In this document: in pieces, positions 1-10,808 of the stretch
How the letters are laid out: each line of letters opens with the position of its first letter
Numbering within the stretch: position 1 is the first letter of the stretch
Assembly: GCA_964018915.1 (NCBI GenBank)
Contig: CAXHRJ010000001.1
Coordinates: 224,636-288,635, forward strand
Direction: 5' to 3'
Origin: an uncultured Bacilli bacterium
Lineage (GTDB): Bacteria > Bacillota_I > Bacilli_A > RF39 > UBA660
Length of the DNA stretch: 64,000 nucleotides
Notes under the pieces: model-generated
Told to the model about the DNA's origin: nothing
Database searches by the model: none
What the model saw: the letters and a program-made list of their open reading frames with translations, nothing else
Made by a program: the position numbers and the translations under genes

Positions 1-574
1 CAAAATCATCGCATCCTAATGCCTGTAATGTACGAATGATAGGATCAAATAAATCATCTTCTAAAAACAGTATTTTTTTACCATTTGAACTTTCTAAATC
101 ATATTTATCCTCTTCATCAGATAGTGCAAAGTATTGGCTAGAATCACAGATAGCATGAGCCAAATTAAGTCCACGTGCAACAGACAAGCCAGCTTCGCCA
201 TATCTTTTAAAAATAGCATATAAAGTAGACTGAATTTTCTCCAAACCTTCTTGTGTTACTAGCGATTCATAAAAAGAGGGATTAATAGCAGGATCAAAAG
301 ATTCTTTCAATTTAGAATTCCATCTATTATTCATGCCAAGCTTTAAAGCAATCATAAAGTCATCCTCTAAAATATTGATATTGTAAATCGCAAAGTCCCC
401 TTCAACAATAGAATCCCCAAAAGGGATTTCCAAAGCTCTTTCTAAATAAAAATAATTCTTCTGCATACTGTAACTATGCGAAAATCTATTATAAAATCCT
501 CCCTCTTTCGTTCTTTCATCAAAGAAACGAAAAGTCTTTGGAGCATTCCCCACAGAATTTAAGGTTATATTCAT
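1..574 (-). CDS. hypothetical protein, 3' end truncated by the window edge; start ATG at 574
   Basis: Reverse-strand ORF starting ATGAATATAACC with GGAGG 7 nt upstream. It lies downstream of xseB in the same orientation. No recognisable motif. Confidence 0.45.
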   Translation of the reverse strand, partial: MNITLNSVGNAPKTFRFFDERTKEGGFYNRFSHSYSMQKNYFYLERALEIPFGDSIVEGDFAIYNINILEDDFMIALKLGMNNRWNSKLKESFDPAINPSFYESLVTQEGLEKIQSTLYAIFKRYGEAGLSVARGLNLAHAICDSSQYFALSDEEDKYDLESSNGKKILFLEDDLFDPIIRTLQALGCDDF

Positions 575-636
575 ACATAAGCCTCCTCAAAACGAATGTA
601 TTATAACATACTTTTAACAAATCGTAAAGAAAAAGA

Positions 637-873
637 CTATTCTTCTATAGTCTCTGTTTTAAAAGTCTCCAAAGTGCCATCTTCTTTAACAATCTTATTC
701 ACTTGTTCTTCTATACTTTTTAACTTCTCATCACATTCACTAACTAATTTCATAGCCTTTGTATACTTTTCAATGGAAGAATCTAAATCTACTTCTCCTG
801 TTTCTAATTCATTAATAATCGTCTCTAATTCTTTCATTTTTTCTTCAAATTTTACTTCTTTTTCTTTTGCCAT
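637..873 (-). CDS. xseB: exodeoxyribonuclease VII small subunit
   Basis: 78-aa acidic coiled-coil protein immediately downstream of xseA, ending 1 nt after the xseA stop. Confidence 0.8.
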   Translation of the reverse strand: MAKEKEVKFEEKMKELETIINELETGEVDLDSSIEKYTKAMKLVSECDEKLKSIEEQVNKIVKEDGTLETFKTETIEE

Positions 874-874
874 A

Positions 875-2218
875 TTATTTCTCCTCTATACTTTCAACAC
901 TGGCACTCATTTCGCCATCTTGCAATCTCAGTTGAATTTTATTTCCAACAGATATGTCTTTAATGCTCCTAATTACATTTCCATTTATGTAGGAAACACT
1001 ATACCCTCTTTTTAATACTTCTAAAGGATTTACTAGTGATAATTTTTCAAAGATATGACGCATATTCATTTTCTTATGTTCCAAAACCATAGTCATATTG
1101 CGATTTAAATCTATTAGATATCTATTTAAAGCTTCTTTTTCTGGCTCATAGAGCATATGAGGATTCTTTAAAAGATAATGGGCTCTAAACTGGTCTACTA
1201 ACATTTTCTTATTAGTTAAATAATCATTCATTCCTTCTAATAGTCTACTATACAATAAATCTAGATTCTGCCTTCTATTATCAAACATAATCATTGGGCT
1301 TTTAATTACAAAGGAATTTTTCAGTGTTTCCATTACCAATTTTTGATAGTTAATCTTTTTCATGATAGCTTCACCTAGGCGAATTTGTAACTGACTTAAA
1401 TATTTTACTAGATCTACTACATTAGGAACTGCCATCTCTGCGGCTCCAGTTGGAGTAGGTGCTCGATGATCTGCTACAAAGTCTGCTATCGTAAAATCCA
1501 CTTCATGCCCTACTGCACTAATAATAGGAATCTCTGATTCAAAAATAGCACGAGCTACCATTTCTTCATTAAACGCCCATAAATCTTCAATAGAGCCTCC
1601 TCCACGCCCAACAATTAGTAAATCAATTGGGTAATTATTGGCTCTTTTAATATTTCTAACAATATCTGGAGCAGCATACTCACCTTGAACTAAACTAGGA
1701 AAAAGAATAGTTTCACATAAAGGATATCTTCTTTTGATAGTAGATAAAATATCTCTTATAGCAGCTCCTGTTGGAGCAGTTACAATCCCAATGCAAGTAG
1801 GATACTTAGGTAATGCTTTTTTATGTTTTACATCAAACAATCCCTCTTTAGATAATTGTTCTTTTAGTTTTTCAAAAGCAATGTATAAGTTTCCTACCCC
1901 ATCCTCTTGCATCTCTTCTACATAGATTTGATAACTACCACTCGCTTCATAAACGCCAATTCTTCCCACAACTAATACTTTTGTCCCATCAATTGGTTGA
2001 AAAGTTAATTTGCTAGCATTTCTACTAAACATAATCGCATTAATTTTACTTGTTTCATCTTTCAAAGAAAAATATAAATGTCCCGTTGTATGTCCCTTAA
2101 AATTTGATATCTCACCTTTTAAAAAAACAGTGCGTAAATGTTCATTTCTATCAAACTGATCTTTTAAATAACGATTAATCGTAGATACGGTTAAATACTT
2201 AGATTGATTAGGATTCAT
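875..2218 (-). CDS. xseA: exodeoxyribonuclease VII large subunit
   Basis: 447 aa with an OB-fold N-terminus and a central catalytic region of XseA type. Conserved nusB-xseA-xseB order. Confidence 0.85.
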   Translation of the reverse strand: MNPNQSKYLTVSTINRYLKDQFDRNEHLRTVFLKGEISNFKGHTTGHLYFSLKDETSKINAIMFSRNASKLTFQPIDGTKVLVVGRIGVYEASGSYQIYVEEMQEDGVGNLYIAFEKLKEQLSKEGLFDVKHKKALPKYPTCIGIVTAPTGAAIRDILSTIKRRYPLCETILFPSLVQGEYAAPDIVRNIKRANNYPIDLLIVGRGGGSIEDLWAFNEEMVARAIFESEIPIISAVGHEVDFTIADFVADHRAPTPTGAAEMAVPNVVDLVKYLSQLQIRLGEAIMKKINYQKLVMETLKNSFVIKSPMIMFDNRRQNLDLLYSRLLEGMNDYLTNKKMLVDQFRAHYLLKNPHMLYEPEKEALNRYLIDLNRNMTMVLEHKKMNMRHIFEKLSLVNPLEVLKRGYSVSYINGNVIRSIKDISVGNKIQLRLQDGEMSASVESIEEK

Positions 2219-2657
2219 AATCCACCTTATTGTGGTATACTTTGTCTAATACTCCATTAATCATTTTTCTAACATCGTCATCACTATAATCTTTCGCTAA
2301 CTCAATAGCTTCATTGATTGCAACTACTTCGGGAGTATCTGTATAAAGTAATTCATAGATGCCTAAACGCAAAATCGCCTGATCTGTAAAACCTAAACGA
2401 TTAATCGTCCATTTATTTAAGTACTGATTTGCTGCTTCATCAATATCCTTTTGATTCGTGATAACTCCATAAACAGAATCCCTTACAAAATCATTATCAA
2501 TTTCTAAAGCTTCTGCGATTACCTTATCTAATTCATATTCTATTTTATTGTTCTGATAAACATTGATTTGATACAATATAGTCATAATTTTTTTACGAAG
2601 TTCGCTTCTTGTTACTTGTTCCATAAAATCACCTATAACCATTTTAACATAGTTCAA
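2208..2657 (-). CDS. nusB: transcription antitermination factor NusB
   Basis: 149-aa all-helical NusB-like protein directly upstream of xseA, as in Bacillus and Clostridium. Confidence 0.75.
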   Translation of the reverse strand: MNYVKMVIGDFMEQVTRSELRKKIMTILYQINVYQNNKIEYELDKVIAEALEIDNDFVRDSVYGVITNQKDIDEAANQYLNKWTINRLGFTDQAILRLGIYELLYTDTPEVVAINEAIELAKDYSDDDVRKMINGVLDKVYHNKVDYES

Positions 2658-2678
2658 AAAAAAATAGAATATAGTATT

Positions 2679-4412
2679 CTATTTTTCATTTATTCTAATA
2701 ATGGTTACTTTATCACCATTCTTTATTTCATAATAATTCTCTAATCCCTCTAAACGTTCAATAAAATCTCCAACAATACTACATAAAAGATTGTTATTAC
2801 TATCATAAATATTGACCCTACCATTTTCATATTTTAGAAAATTACCATTCATAAACAATTCATCATATGTTAAGATTTCATCCTGTTTTAAATTCGTTTC
2901 CTCTAAAGTTTCCAAAACATTTTTCTTCATATTAATAAAATATTGTTTTGTCTCTGTTTCCCCGTCTATTTTAGCATTAAACACAATATAATCATTACCA
3001 ACATAATAGAAACTATCAACAGAAGCAAATTTATACTCACTAACATTAACTTTTGATACTTCTACAATACCATCATAAACAGAAAAATTTTCATTAGACA
3101 TAAATACTACGTATCCATATCCGCTTGGACTTCTATTAACTTTTGTATAAGAATCGTAATCCATTAGTTCAATTGATTTTCCACTTGATACATCTAAAAT
3201 GGCAAAATAAGCGGATGTCTCTCTTCCAAATACCATATGATAGTACGCTAAAACATTCCACTTTTCCCTTATATTCTGAGAAGTATAAGAGCCATTTTGA
3301 GTAGTGTCTAAAATCTTATGCGTACCTGTAAATAATGGTTCATATTGAGTATTTAACACTCGTAAAATGCCATTATGATCTACAGTTACTATATGAGTAT
3401 CATACACATCTATTCTATCATACATAAAATCTAAAACTTTTTGATTCTTATAGTTAATTAATCCATACCCATCTTTTGTCTGGGCAATAATAACATTATT
3501 ATTAACTTGTTTTAAACTCACATAATCAAAAGGAATTACTACATTCTCCGAAGCATCTAAAATTCCATACTTTCCATTTAAGCTAGCAGTTAAATATTTG
3601 GTATTAGAAGATACTAGTTTTGCATGCTCCTCATCATAAGGCCCATCCCCTAAGATATAATTTTCTTTAAAAACTAACTTTAGCGAATCTAGGTCTACAA
3701 TATTATTATGAGACTCTGATAAATAGTATTTACCATTCCATGAAAAGAAATCTAAATAACCATCTATTATTCCTTCTGTTAATACAGCTCCTGTTTTTAC
3801 ATTATATTTTACAATTAGATTTTCCTCTGTTGCTTGATTCCAATAAATACTAACAACAGTATCATTCCCAATATAATAATTTTGTACTTTATTGCTCTCT
3901 AAATCTAGAATAGCATTAAAAATAAGAACATAGCCTAGTTCTGGCGCATCTGTACTATAGTATACTTTATACTTATCAAAGGTACCTGAAACTGCTAAAG
4001 GTTTTCCTTGATAAACTGCTTTTCCATCTGTTATAGAAATAGATAAATAAAGAGGATTCTCAAGCACTGTATTTCCCTTAGAATCTAGAATAACATACCC
4101 GTCATCACGTATTATCTCGAAATAATCCCCATAATATTTCAAAACAGATATGTCTTCTGTTATTAATGATATCTTATCACTTCTAACTTCGTTTTGACTA
4201 TGATTCGGTTGTTCTTCCTCATTATTGGAAGAAGATGGTTTCTCACTTTTATTTTCTTTTTTTAGAAAGAAAATACCAATGACTGCACCGATTACTAAAA
4301 CTAGTATTAAAAATAACACTAATCCTTTCTTACTTTTCTTTTTTACTGGTTGTTTACTTGGTTCAGGTTGTGCTGGTAAATCTACAAAGTGCAATTGATC
4401 TTGAACATTCAT
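2679..4412 (-). CDS. membrane-anchored WG-repeat (KWG-like) protein
   Basis: N-terminal charged region followed by one TM helix (LVLFLILVLVIGAVIGIFFL). Repeated motifs of the form KYGILDxxxNVVIPFxY and DGYGLINYKNQKVLDF, typical of WG-containing repeats. Paralog of 58758..60374. Confidence 0.55.
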   Translation of the reverse strand: MNVQDQLHFVDLPAQPEPSKQPVKKKSKKGLVLFLILVLVIGAVIGIFFLKKENKSEKPSSSNNEEEQPNHSQNEVRSDKISLITEDISVLKYYGDYFEIIRDDGYVILDSKGNTVLENPLYLSISITDGKAVYQGKPLAVSGTFDKYKVYYSTDAPELGYVLIFNAILDLESNKVQNYYIGNDTVVSIYWNQATEENLIVKYNVKTGAVLTEGIIDGYLDFFSWNGKYYLSESHNNIVDLDSLKLVFKENYILGDGPYDEEHAKLVSSNTKYLTASLNGKYGILDASENVVIPFDYVSLKQVNNNVIIAQTKDGYGLINYKNQKVLDFMYDRIDVYDTHIVTVDHNGILRVLNTQYEPLFTGTHKILDTTQNGSYTSQNIREKWNVLAYYHMVFGRETSAYFAILDVSSGKSIELMDYDSYTKVNRSPSGYGYVVFMSNENFSVYDGIVEVSKVNVSEYKFASVDSFYYVGNDYIVFNAKIDGETETKQYFINMKKNVLETLEETNLKQDEILTYDELFMNGNFLKYENGRVNIYDSNNNLLCSIVGDFIERLEGLENYYEIKNGDKVTIIRINEK

Positions 4413-4470
4413 TTTTTCGCCTACCTTCTATTATTAGATTACCACAGAAAGAAAAAATAAGCAAGAATGC

Positions 4471-4866
4471 TTATTTCAAAATAGAACTTAAATTTTCTTT
4501 TAACGAATCTATCTCTATATATTTTTTAGTACGCATGGATGTATATCTTTTAAGTGTCAAAAGTAACTTTACTACAATCACAAAAAAGCCAAGAAGTACT
4601 AAAACAATACCTAATAGAATTTGGTCTGTAGCAACCAAATAAAGTCCCAATCCAAGTAGTAAAATAGAAATGATAAGAGTAATCAGTATCATGATGTTGC
4701 TTTGGTATGTGTTTTCCATATTAGATACTTTTGTTTTTAAGTATTCTATCTGTTCATCCTTAGTCATCTTTAAATTATCCATTGCATCAACCACATTATT
4801 ATAGATAATCTCATTTTTATTTTTTTCTTCTCCTGTTATTTTGATGCTCATACCCTTCTTTTCCAT
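4471..4866 (-). CDS. hypothetical small membrane protein
   Basis: 131 aa with two predicted TM helices in the C-terminal half. No known motif. Confidence 0.4.
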   Translation of the reverse strand: MEKKGMSIKITGEEKNKNEIIYNNVVDAMDNLKMTKDEQIEYLKTKVSNMENTYQSNIMILITLIISILLLGLGLYLVATDQILLGIVLVLLGFFVIVVKLLLTLKRYTSMRTKKYIEIDSLKENLSSILK

Positions 4867-4929
4867 ACAAAACCTCCCATATCTACTTCTATTCTACCAT
4901 AACCAAAACTTTTTTCAATACTTTTTCAT

Positions 4930-5256
4930 TTATTCATTTACGAATCCTGCGATTGTTCCAAAGATTTTAATGACCCCATTTTTTATGAAATCACTAATGC
5001 CAGTTGATAAAGAAAGTCCCATCTTTGAAAATTTATTTTGATAATCTTTCTTTGTATTTACTACATAATCTTTAATATCTACTTGCTTTCCATCTTTAAT
5101 ATCCTGTTCAAACTTAGCAATCTGTTCCTCTGTCATTGCCATTCTTTCATAATTTTTAAACTCATAATATCCTGTCAGTTGAGAAAAATAAAGAGTTAAA
5201 AAGATAACTAAGAAAAATAGAAATGTCCATTTAAATACTTTATACTTTTTTTCCAT
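4930..5256 (-). CDS. hypothetical membrane-anchored protein
   Basis: 108 aa with an N-terminal TM helix. Overlaps the spoIIP start by 17 nt, so it is probably cotranscribed. Confidence 0.4.
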   Translation of the reverse strand: MEKKYKVFKWTFLFFLVIFLTLYFSQLTGYYEFKNYERMAMTEEQIAKFEQDIKDGKQVDIKDYVVNTKKDYQNKFSKMGLSLSTGISDFIKNGVIKIFGTIAGFVNE

Positions 5257-6109
5257 ATATATATTCTCCTATAATAGGTGCGATAAGACTAATCGTATTT
5301 TGAACCTCCTCATAAGTATTATAATTAGCTCCCAGTTCTAGTAAAATCATATTAGAACCTAAATCTTGATTATAAATACCATTTACATTCTTTCCTTCCT
5401 GTAATAAAACACCTCTTGTTAAGGTTGGATATTTTTCAGCTACTGCCTCGTGTAAAGATTGCGCTAAGGCATAATTTTTCTTATAATTGTCATGCTCCTT
5501 TCCTATTACAAATAAAATTTTTGCATACTTTTTCCCATTAATTGTAGTTGTTGATGCACTTTTACTAATAGCATCTCTATGAAGATCTATTACCAAATCA
5601 TAAGAAGCCTTCCCTAATTCAGCCTCTATAAAATATCTAGATGCCACATAACTATAGTTATAATTATAATTATTTGCATTTAAAAATTCAGTTATATTTC
5701 CGTCTTCTACAACTACCTCCAGTATTTCATTCTCTAATGCTTTCTTTAAATCATAAGCAGCATTATAGACCGTTTCCTTAGACGCATATCCCTCCTTTTG
5801 ATGAGTATTATAAATATAAACTCGATATTTTTTAGAATTTTCTTTTACTTCTGAAATCACTGGAAGTAATTTTAGTTTTGGCTGTCCTTTATATTGTAAT
5901 AGAACAACGGGATTATTAATCGTATTATCCTTTAATTTTTGATAAAATTCATGTCCTATCATTTCTACATTAAAATAAGAAATGGGACTGATATCTACTA
6001 AAGAATAAATACATAATTTTATTAAGACGTATACAAATAGAAAAAGTATTAGATATTCTAAAATCCACATTTTTCGTAATCTTCGCTTAGACTTAAAATG
6101 TTTAGCCAT
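5240..6109 (-). CDS. spoIIP: stage II sporulation protein P (engulfment peptidoglycan amidase/endopeptidase)
   Basis: N-terminal TM helix. Shows IYNTHQKEGY, the DLHRD motif, FVIGKEH, and NQDLGSNMILLELG ending in GANYNTYEE, all characteristic of the SpoIIP family. Confidence 0.7.
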   Translation of the reverse strand: MAKHFKSKRRLRKMWILEYLILFLFVYVLIKLCIYSLVDISPISYFNVEMIGHEFYQKLKDNTINNPVVLLQYKGQPKLKLLPVISEVKENSKKYRVYIYNTHQKEGYASKETVYNAAYDLKKALENEILEVVVEDGNITEFLNANNYNYNYSYVASRYFIEAELGKASYDLVIDLHRDAISKSASTTTINGKKYAKILFVIGKEHDNYKKNYALAQSLHEAVAEKYPTLTRGVLLQEGKNVNGIYNQDLGSNMILLELGANYNTYEEVQNTISLIAPIIGEYIYGKKV

Positions 6110-6162
6110 AATTACCTCCCATATTATTTATAATACAAATAGATTAAAAAAAATGTCACAAA

Positions 6163-6200
6163 AAAGAACAAATAATTTTTTACTTGTTCTTTTTATTTTC
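6163..6200 (-). terminator. rho-independent terminator after the HAD hydrolase gene
   Basis: On the minus strand, GAACAAGTAA..TTATTTGTTC stem followed by TTTTTTG. Confidence 0.5.
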
Positions 6201-6230
6201 TAGTAAAGAAATACTACTTTTTAAGGGATC

Positions 6231-6947
6231 TTACCATCCTCTATCATCTATTACTTCTTCTTTCTTATCAATTAATTCAATTAATTCCTTAATATTTTTT
6301 ACAGTACCTTTTACCACAGATTTTAAGTCTTCAGAACTATCCTCAAATGTATATCCTTGATAAGCCTCTAACATTTGATAATCATTCATACCATCACCCA
6401 CTGTGTAAATCTCATTATCTGGATATCGATAATTCTCCACTAAATAATCAATTGCGACTTTCTTAGAAACATCTTTATCAAATAAATTAATCCAATTTGT
6501 ACTCATGTATCCATTAATATTTGGAAATTTTCTTAAAATTGTATCTAAAGTAAGCATTGCCTTTTCTCTATCATAAGGTCTAGCTATAATACCATTCGCA
6601 CACTTACTAGTATCTGATACATAACCGTGGCTTGTATCAATAAAAGTCTCCAACATATTATCATCTTCTACTAACATATGATAAATTGGCCTTACTAAAT
6701 CTTGACGAATATCTTTTCGATATACTACATTAAAATATTTGTCAAATATAACACCACCATCATTACAGATATAATATTCGCATTCTAAGTCTATCATGCT
6801 TAAATCTTCAGCAAGATAGTTCATAGCACGACCTGTCGCAATAATAAATAGGTTCCCACGATGAACAAAATCATTAATGGCTTTCACGTTTTCATCTAAA
6901 TCTTTTCCAAATAAAGTTCCATCAAAATCACTAACAATTATTTTCAT
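6231..6947 (-). CDS. Cof-type HAD-IIB family hydrolase
   Basis: MKIIVSDFDGTLF (DxDGT motif I) and GDGMNDYQML (motif IV). Confidence 0.8.
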   Translation of the reverse strand: MKIIVSDFDGTLFGKDLDENVKAINDFVHRGNLFIIATGRAMNYLAEDLSMIDLECEYYICNDGGVIFDKYFNVVYRKDIRQDLVRPIYHMLVEDDNMLETFIDTSHGYVSDTSKCANGIIARPYDREKAMLTLDTILRKFPNINGYMSTNWINLFDKDVSKKVAIDYLVENYRYPDNEIYTVGDGMNDYQMLEAYQGYTFEDSSEDLKSVVKGTVKNIKELIELIDKKEEVIDDRGW

Positions 6948-6959
6948 CCTATCACCCTT

Positions 6960-7505
6960 CTAACTAATTAATGCAGCAGATATCATATCCCCCATATTAT
7001 GAAATGTATCAACGATAATATAGCATTTTGATTTCATCCAACTTCCTTTGCTCGTTTCGTTATCTACAATGATTATAAACTGATTATCTGAAATAAAGAC
7101 TTCTGTTTTAGCATAGTACCTTTCAAAGCGTTTTGCTAATACATTAGGATCTATATATTTAGAATCGCCATATAAATAAAGTTTCTTTTTATTGATTACA
7201 ACACTATCATATATAAAATATTTAAAGTAATCATAAATTTCATTAATATCGCAAACAATATAATCAATAGACTTTTTCTTAAATGTTTTTCGTAATTTCT
7301 TAATATTAATCTTTTTACCCTTTTCATCTTTTACAACTTTCGCCTTTTTTCTTTTCGAAAAGATACGTTTAGAAAGCTTTCTTTCTATTGTATAGACGCT
7401 TATGTTATCATTGTTACTTAAGTTTTTTAAAATACTATTTTCTTTTACACCTAAACATAAAACATTCCCAGTAAACTCTTTTACAATATTTGATAACTTT
7501 TCCAC
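6960..7505 (-). CDS. hypothetical protein
   Basis: 181-aa lysine-rich ORF with no recognisable motif. Confidence 0.4.
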   Translation of the reverse strand: MEKLSNIVKEFTGNVLCLGVKENSILKNLSNNDNISVYTIERKLSKRIFSKRKKAKVVKDEKGKKINIKKLRKTFKKKSIDYIVCDINEIYDYFKYFIYDSVVINKKKLYLYGDSKYIDPNVLAKRFERYYAKTEVFISDNQFIIIVDNETSKGSWMKSKCYIIVDTFHNMGDMISAALIS

Positions 7506-7513
7506 AGTTTCAC

Positions 7514-8185
7514 CTACTTCACTATCTGATTAATAATATAACTTGCACATATCATTCCAGATACACCTGGAACAAAAGCATTTGATGGAATAATAGGATT
7601 GTCCTGTACGTTTTTCGCTTCTGTACTAGAAACGACCATAATAGGACCAGTTATGTGAGCATCTCTAACTAGTTTACGTAATTTTTTAGCTAATGGATCA
7701 TAACTAGTCTTTGACAAATCCATAATTTGAAATTTAGTTGGATCCATTTTATTTCCTGTCCCCATAGAAGATATAAATGGAATATTTCTTTTCTTACAAC
7801 TTTCTATAATCGCCAACTTAGTAAGTAATGTATCACAGGCGTCTATTACAAAATCAACCTTTTCTAAATAAAGTTCAATGTTGTCTTTTGTTATAAAGTC
7901 TTTATAGATTGTTACAGAAGTATCTAATCCCATATCTTCTATTCTAGCTTTTAATACTTCTACCTTATATTTTCCAATTGTACTAGTAAGTGCCACTAAC
8001 TGCCTATTCATGTTAGTCTCTTCCACTACATCAGGATCTACTAAAATAAGATTCCCAATACCAGAGCGAGCAAGGGCTTCTACCGTATAGCCACCTACAC
8101 CACCTACACCAACTACAAGTACTGTACTATTTCTTAGTCTTCCAATATTTTCTTTTCCTATTAACAGTTCTAATCTATCCAGCAT
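7514..8185 (-). CDS. tcdA: tRNA threonylcarbamoyladenosine dehydratase (ThiF/MoeB-family E1-like)
   Basis: VLVVGVGGVGGYTVEALARSGIGNLILVDPDVVEETNMNRQ Rossmann and ThiF motif. The listed ORF extends to 8236. An internal ATG at 8185 preceded by GGAG gives the more plausible N-terminus. Confidence 0.75.
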   Translation of the reverse strand: MLDRLELLIGKENIGRLRNSTVLVVGVGGVGGYTVEALARSGIGNLILVDPDVVEETNMNRQLVALTSTIGKYKVEVLKARIEDMGLDTSVTIYKDFITKDNIELYLEKVDFVIDACDTLLTKLAIIESCKKRNIPFISSMGTGNKMDPTKFQIMDLSKTSYDPLAKKLRKLVRDAHITGPIMVVSSTEAKNVQDNPIIPSNAFVPGVSGMICASYIINQIVK

Positions 8186-8558
8186 TTGTACAAGCTCCAG
8201 ATGAGGCATTAAAGTCTTTGCAGTTCCCATTTTCACAATAAAAAGAAACTGTCCATGTATTTTCTACTTCTTGTGTTTTATCCTTAGAGACATTAGCAAT
8301 CGGAGTTTTTGTATACCCTTCATCAATTAATGTTTTTACCGTTACACAATGATTTTTAGCCGTAATCTTATCAATACTAATATTATCATTAACATAACTT
8401 CTAGCATTTGTTTCTAGCAAAGTCTTTGCTGCATTACTTACTTGCTCATCCGTTTTTTTAATCGCCCCTAATATATTAGGAAACGCAATTAGGACAATTA
8501 CTGACAATAAAACTAAAACGCCTAATAATTCCACAAGTGTAAAACCTTTTCTAGACAT
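8175..8558 (-). CDS. prepilin-type N-terminal cleavage/methylation domain protein (ComGC-like pseudopilin)
   Basis: MSRKGFTLVELLGVLVLLSVIVLIAF is a class III signal peptide with G|FTLVE. There is a C-terminal Cys pair. The 3' end overlaps the tcdA start. Confidence 0.75.
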   Translation of the reverse strand: MSRKGFTLVELLGVLVLLSVIVLIAFPNILGAIKKTDEQVSNAAKTLLETNARSYVNDNISIDKITAKNHCVTVKTLIDEGYTKTPIANVSKDKTQEVENTWTVSFYCENGNCKDFNASSGACTNAG

Positions 8559-8678
8559 AAGTATCCCCTCTATTCAACAACTCTATTGTACCATAACTAA
8601 ATAGAAAAAGACAAGCAAAATTACTCGTCCTTATAACTAATATCTAAACTAATTATATCTTTTTTTCAAAAAAGCTAG

Positions 8679-10082
8679 CTATCGATAGCTCTTATCCCCT
8701 CTGCTTTTTTCAAGTTCAAAATAAAAGGTCGTTCCTTCGTTTTCAACTGAATCTATTCCATATGGTAAATGATATCCGTCTAAAATATTTTTTACAATGG
8801 ATAAGCCTAATCCTGTTCCTACTTTATTTCTCTTATGCTTTTTCTTAGAATGATAATACTTATCCCATATTTTATTTTTTTCTTCCTCTTTGATTCCCTT
8901 TCCAGTATCTCTAATACTAACACGAACTGTATTTTCTTTTTCGCTTATAGTAATGTATACCCTTTTATCATCACCTGTATAATTAATTGCATTATTCAAA
9001 ATATTGTAAATCACTTGCTCTGTTCTCTTCCTATCAGCATATACAGAAATATCTTTTTTATCATAAACAAATTCATAGTTTTCTTTTTCTAATAAAACAT
9101 CATAATGTTTGATAATAGATTCTATTACTTCATCTAGTGAAAAATTAGAATATTCCAAACTCACAGTTTCTGCCTGCATACTTGAAAGCGTTAGAATATC
9201 ATCTACTAGTAAGTTTAGTCGTTCTGTTTCTTCAATAATAACATTTAAATTCTCATTACGCTTTTCCTTGTTTTTATATGTTAAATCTCTTACCATTTCA
9301 GCATAAGCTTTAATCATAGTAAGTGGAGTTTTTAAATCGTGACTAACATTTGCCATTAAATCCCTTCTAAGTTCTTCTGTCTGATTAAATTCATTACGCA
9401 TCTCATTCAAACTATTTTCAAGTTCTATGATTTCTTCAATATTAGTATGGCTATCAAAAGAATCCTTAAAATTTCCATTAGCTATATTTCCTGCTTTTCT
9501 ACTTGTCTCTTCAATTGGCTTTGCTATTTTTTTAGATAGATAATAAGATATAACAACTGATAAAGCAACAATTAAAATAGAAATTAGTACTAGCTGTTTC
9601 TTTAATAATAAAGTAGCAGAGTCTAATGGAACTAAAGAAGTACTAATATAGGCAAAAGTATTTTCATCTAATTTAATTCCATAGACAAGAGTTTGATTCC
9701 CAAAACGAGTATTCACTAATTTATAGGCTTTTTTACTTTCATTACTTGCCTTAAAATCTGCTTTATAAGTTTCTTTTCCACTACCTATCATACAACCTTT
9801 ATTAAAACTTGTAGAGCGGTATAAAAATTCTCCATAAGATTCAACATCTATGCAAATCCCCTCTTCATAGGATAATTTATCTAAATACTCATTAAAATTA
9901 GTTCCCCCATAATTTTCTAGCATTTTAGAAGCAATAGTAGCTAATTCCTTGCTCTTATGAAGTTCATAGTACTTATCAAAGAATAAACCTTGTGTAATCC
10001 ATAAAAATGACAAAATAAAAAGAGAAAAGAAGAGAAAAAATAACCATATTTGCTTATGCAATGACTTCATCTTTGGTTTCAA
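8679..10082 (-). CDS. sensor histidine kinase (HAMP-HisKA-HATPase_c)
   Basis: Two TM helices. The H-box is LMANVSHDLKTPLT. N, G1 and G2 boxes are present (NILNNAINYT, DTGKGI, GTGLGLSIV). Confidence 0.85.
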   Translation of the reverse strand: MKPKMKSLHKQIWLFFLFFSLFILSFLWITQGLFFDKYYELHKSKELATIASKMLENYGGTNFNEYLDKLSYEEGICIDVESYGEFLYRSTSFNKGCMIGSGKETYKADFKASNESKKAYKLVNTRFGNQTLVYGIKLDENTFAYISTSLVPLDSATLLLKKQLVLISILIVALSVVISYYLSKKIAKPIEETSRKAGNIANGNFKDSFDSHTNIEEIIELENSLNEMRNEFNQTEELRRDLMANVSHDLKTPLTMIKAYAEMVRDLTYKNKEKRNENLNVIIEETERLNLLVDDILTLSSMQAETVSLEYSNFSLDEVIESIIKHYDVLLEKENYEFVYDKKDISVYADRKRTEQVIYNILNNAINYTGDDKRVYITISEKENTVRVSIRDTGKGIKEEEKNKIWDKYYHSKKKHKRNKVGTGLGLSIVKNILDGYHLPYGIDSVENEGTTFYFELEKSRGDKSYR

Positions 10083-10725
10083 AACGATACCCCATTCCTC
10101 TAACAGTTACTATCCAATCACGATATTTTCCTAAATTATTTCTAAGCATTTTAATATGCGTATCAATGGTTCTATCATCCCCATAAAAATCATAACCCCA
10201 TATCTTGTTTAACAATTGTTCCCGTGACAGAGCAATATGCTCGTTCTGAATAAAATAGACAAGAAGTTCATACTCTTTAGGCGTTAGTTTCACTTCTTCT
10301 CCTTCTATTTTTAAAATATGCCCTTTTAAGTCTAGTTCAAAATCTAAATGTTTAAAAACAGATGTTTCCTTGTTTCTTTTTAGAACTGCTTTTACACGTG
10401 CCATCAATTCTTTAGGAGAAAATGGCTTTGTAATATAATCATCAATTCCTAAATCAAAGCCATGTAACTTATCGTATTCTTCGCCTCTAGCTGACAACAT
10501 AATTACAGGAACAGTTTTAATCTCCCTCATTTCCTTTAATGTGGTATAGCCATCTTTTTTAGGCATCATAATATCTAAAATTACTAAATCAATTATTTTC
10601 TCTCTTACTATTCTTAATGCTTCTACTCCATCAGAAGCTTCTAATACTTGATAATTATCATTCTCTAAATATTCACGAATAACATTACGTATAAGTTCTT
10701 CATCATCTACTACTAAAACAGTCAT
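10054..10725 (-). CDS. OmpR-family response regulator
   Basis: Receiver domain with VLVVDDE and LDIMMPKKDG, plus a winged-helix C-terminus (RTIDTHIKMLRNNL..GMGYRF). Overlaps the kinase gene by 29 nt. Confidence 0.9.
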   Translation of the reverse strand: MTVLVVDDEELIRNVIREYLENDNYQVLEASDGVEALRIVREKIIDLVILDIMMPKKDGYTTLKEMREIKTVPVIMLSARGEEYDKLHGFDLGIDDYITKPFSPKELMARVKAVLKRNKETSVFKHLDFELDLKGHILKIEGEEVKLTPKEYELLVYFIQNEHIALSREQLLNKIWGYDFYGDDRTIDTHIKMLRNNLGKYRDWIVTVRGMGYRFETKDEVIA

Positions 10726-10782
10726 AATCCACCTCTTTTTTTATATTATACAATAAATATGAATTTTACGTGAAAAAAAAGA

Positions 10783-10808
10783 ATATTTCTATTCTTTTCC
10801 CGTTAGCT
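10783..10808 (-). terminator. bidirectional rho-independent terminator downstream of the YjjX-family gene
   Basis: AAGAATA(gaaa)TATTCTT stem with T8 on the minus strand and A8 on the plus strand. Confidence 0.55.

Noticed and set aside
596-1015. 139-aa plus-strand ORF
   Set aside because: Antisense to xseB/xseA with low-complexity Ser/Phe-rich translation typical of the reverse frame of an AT-rich gene. No RBS.
8835-9306. Two plus-strand ORFs (85 aa and 65 aa)
   Set aside because: Antisense to the histidine kinase gene. Phe/Ile/Ser-rich translations. No start signals.
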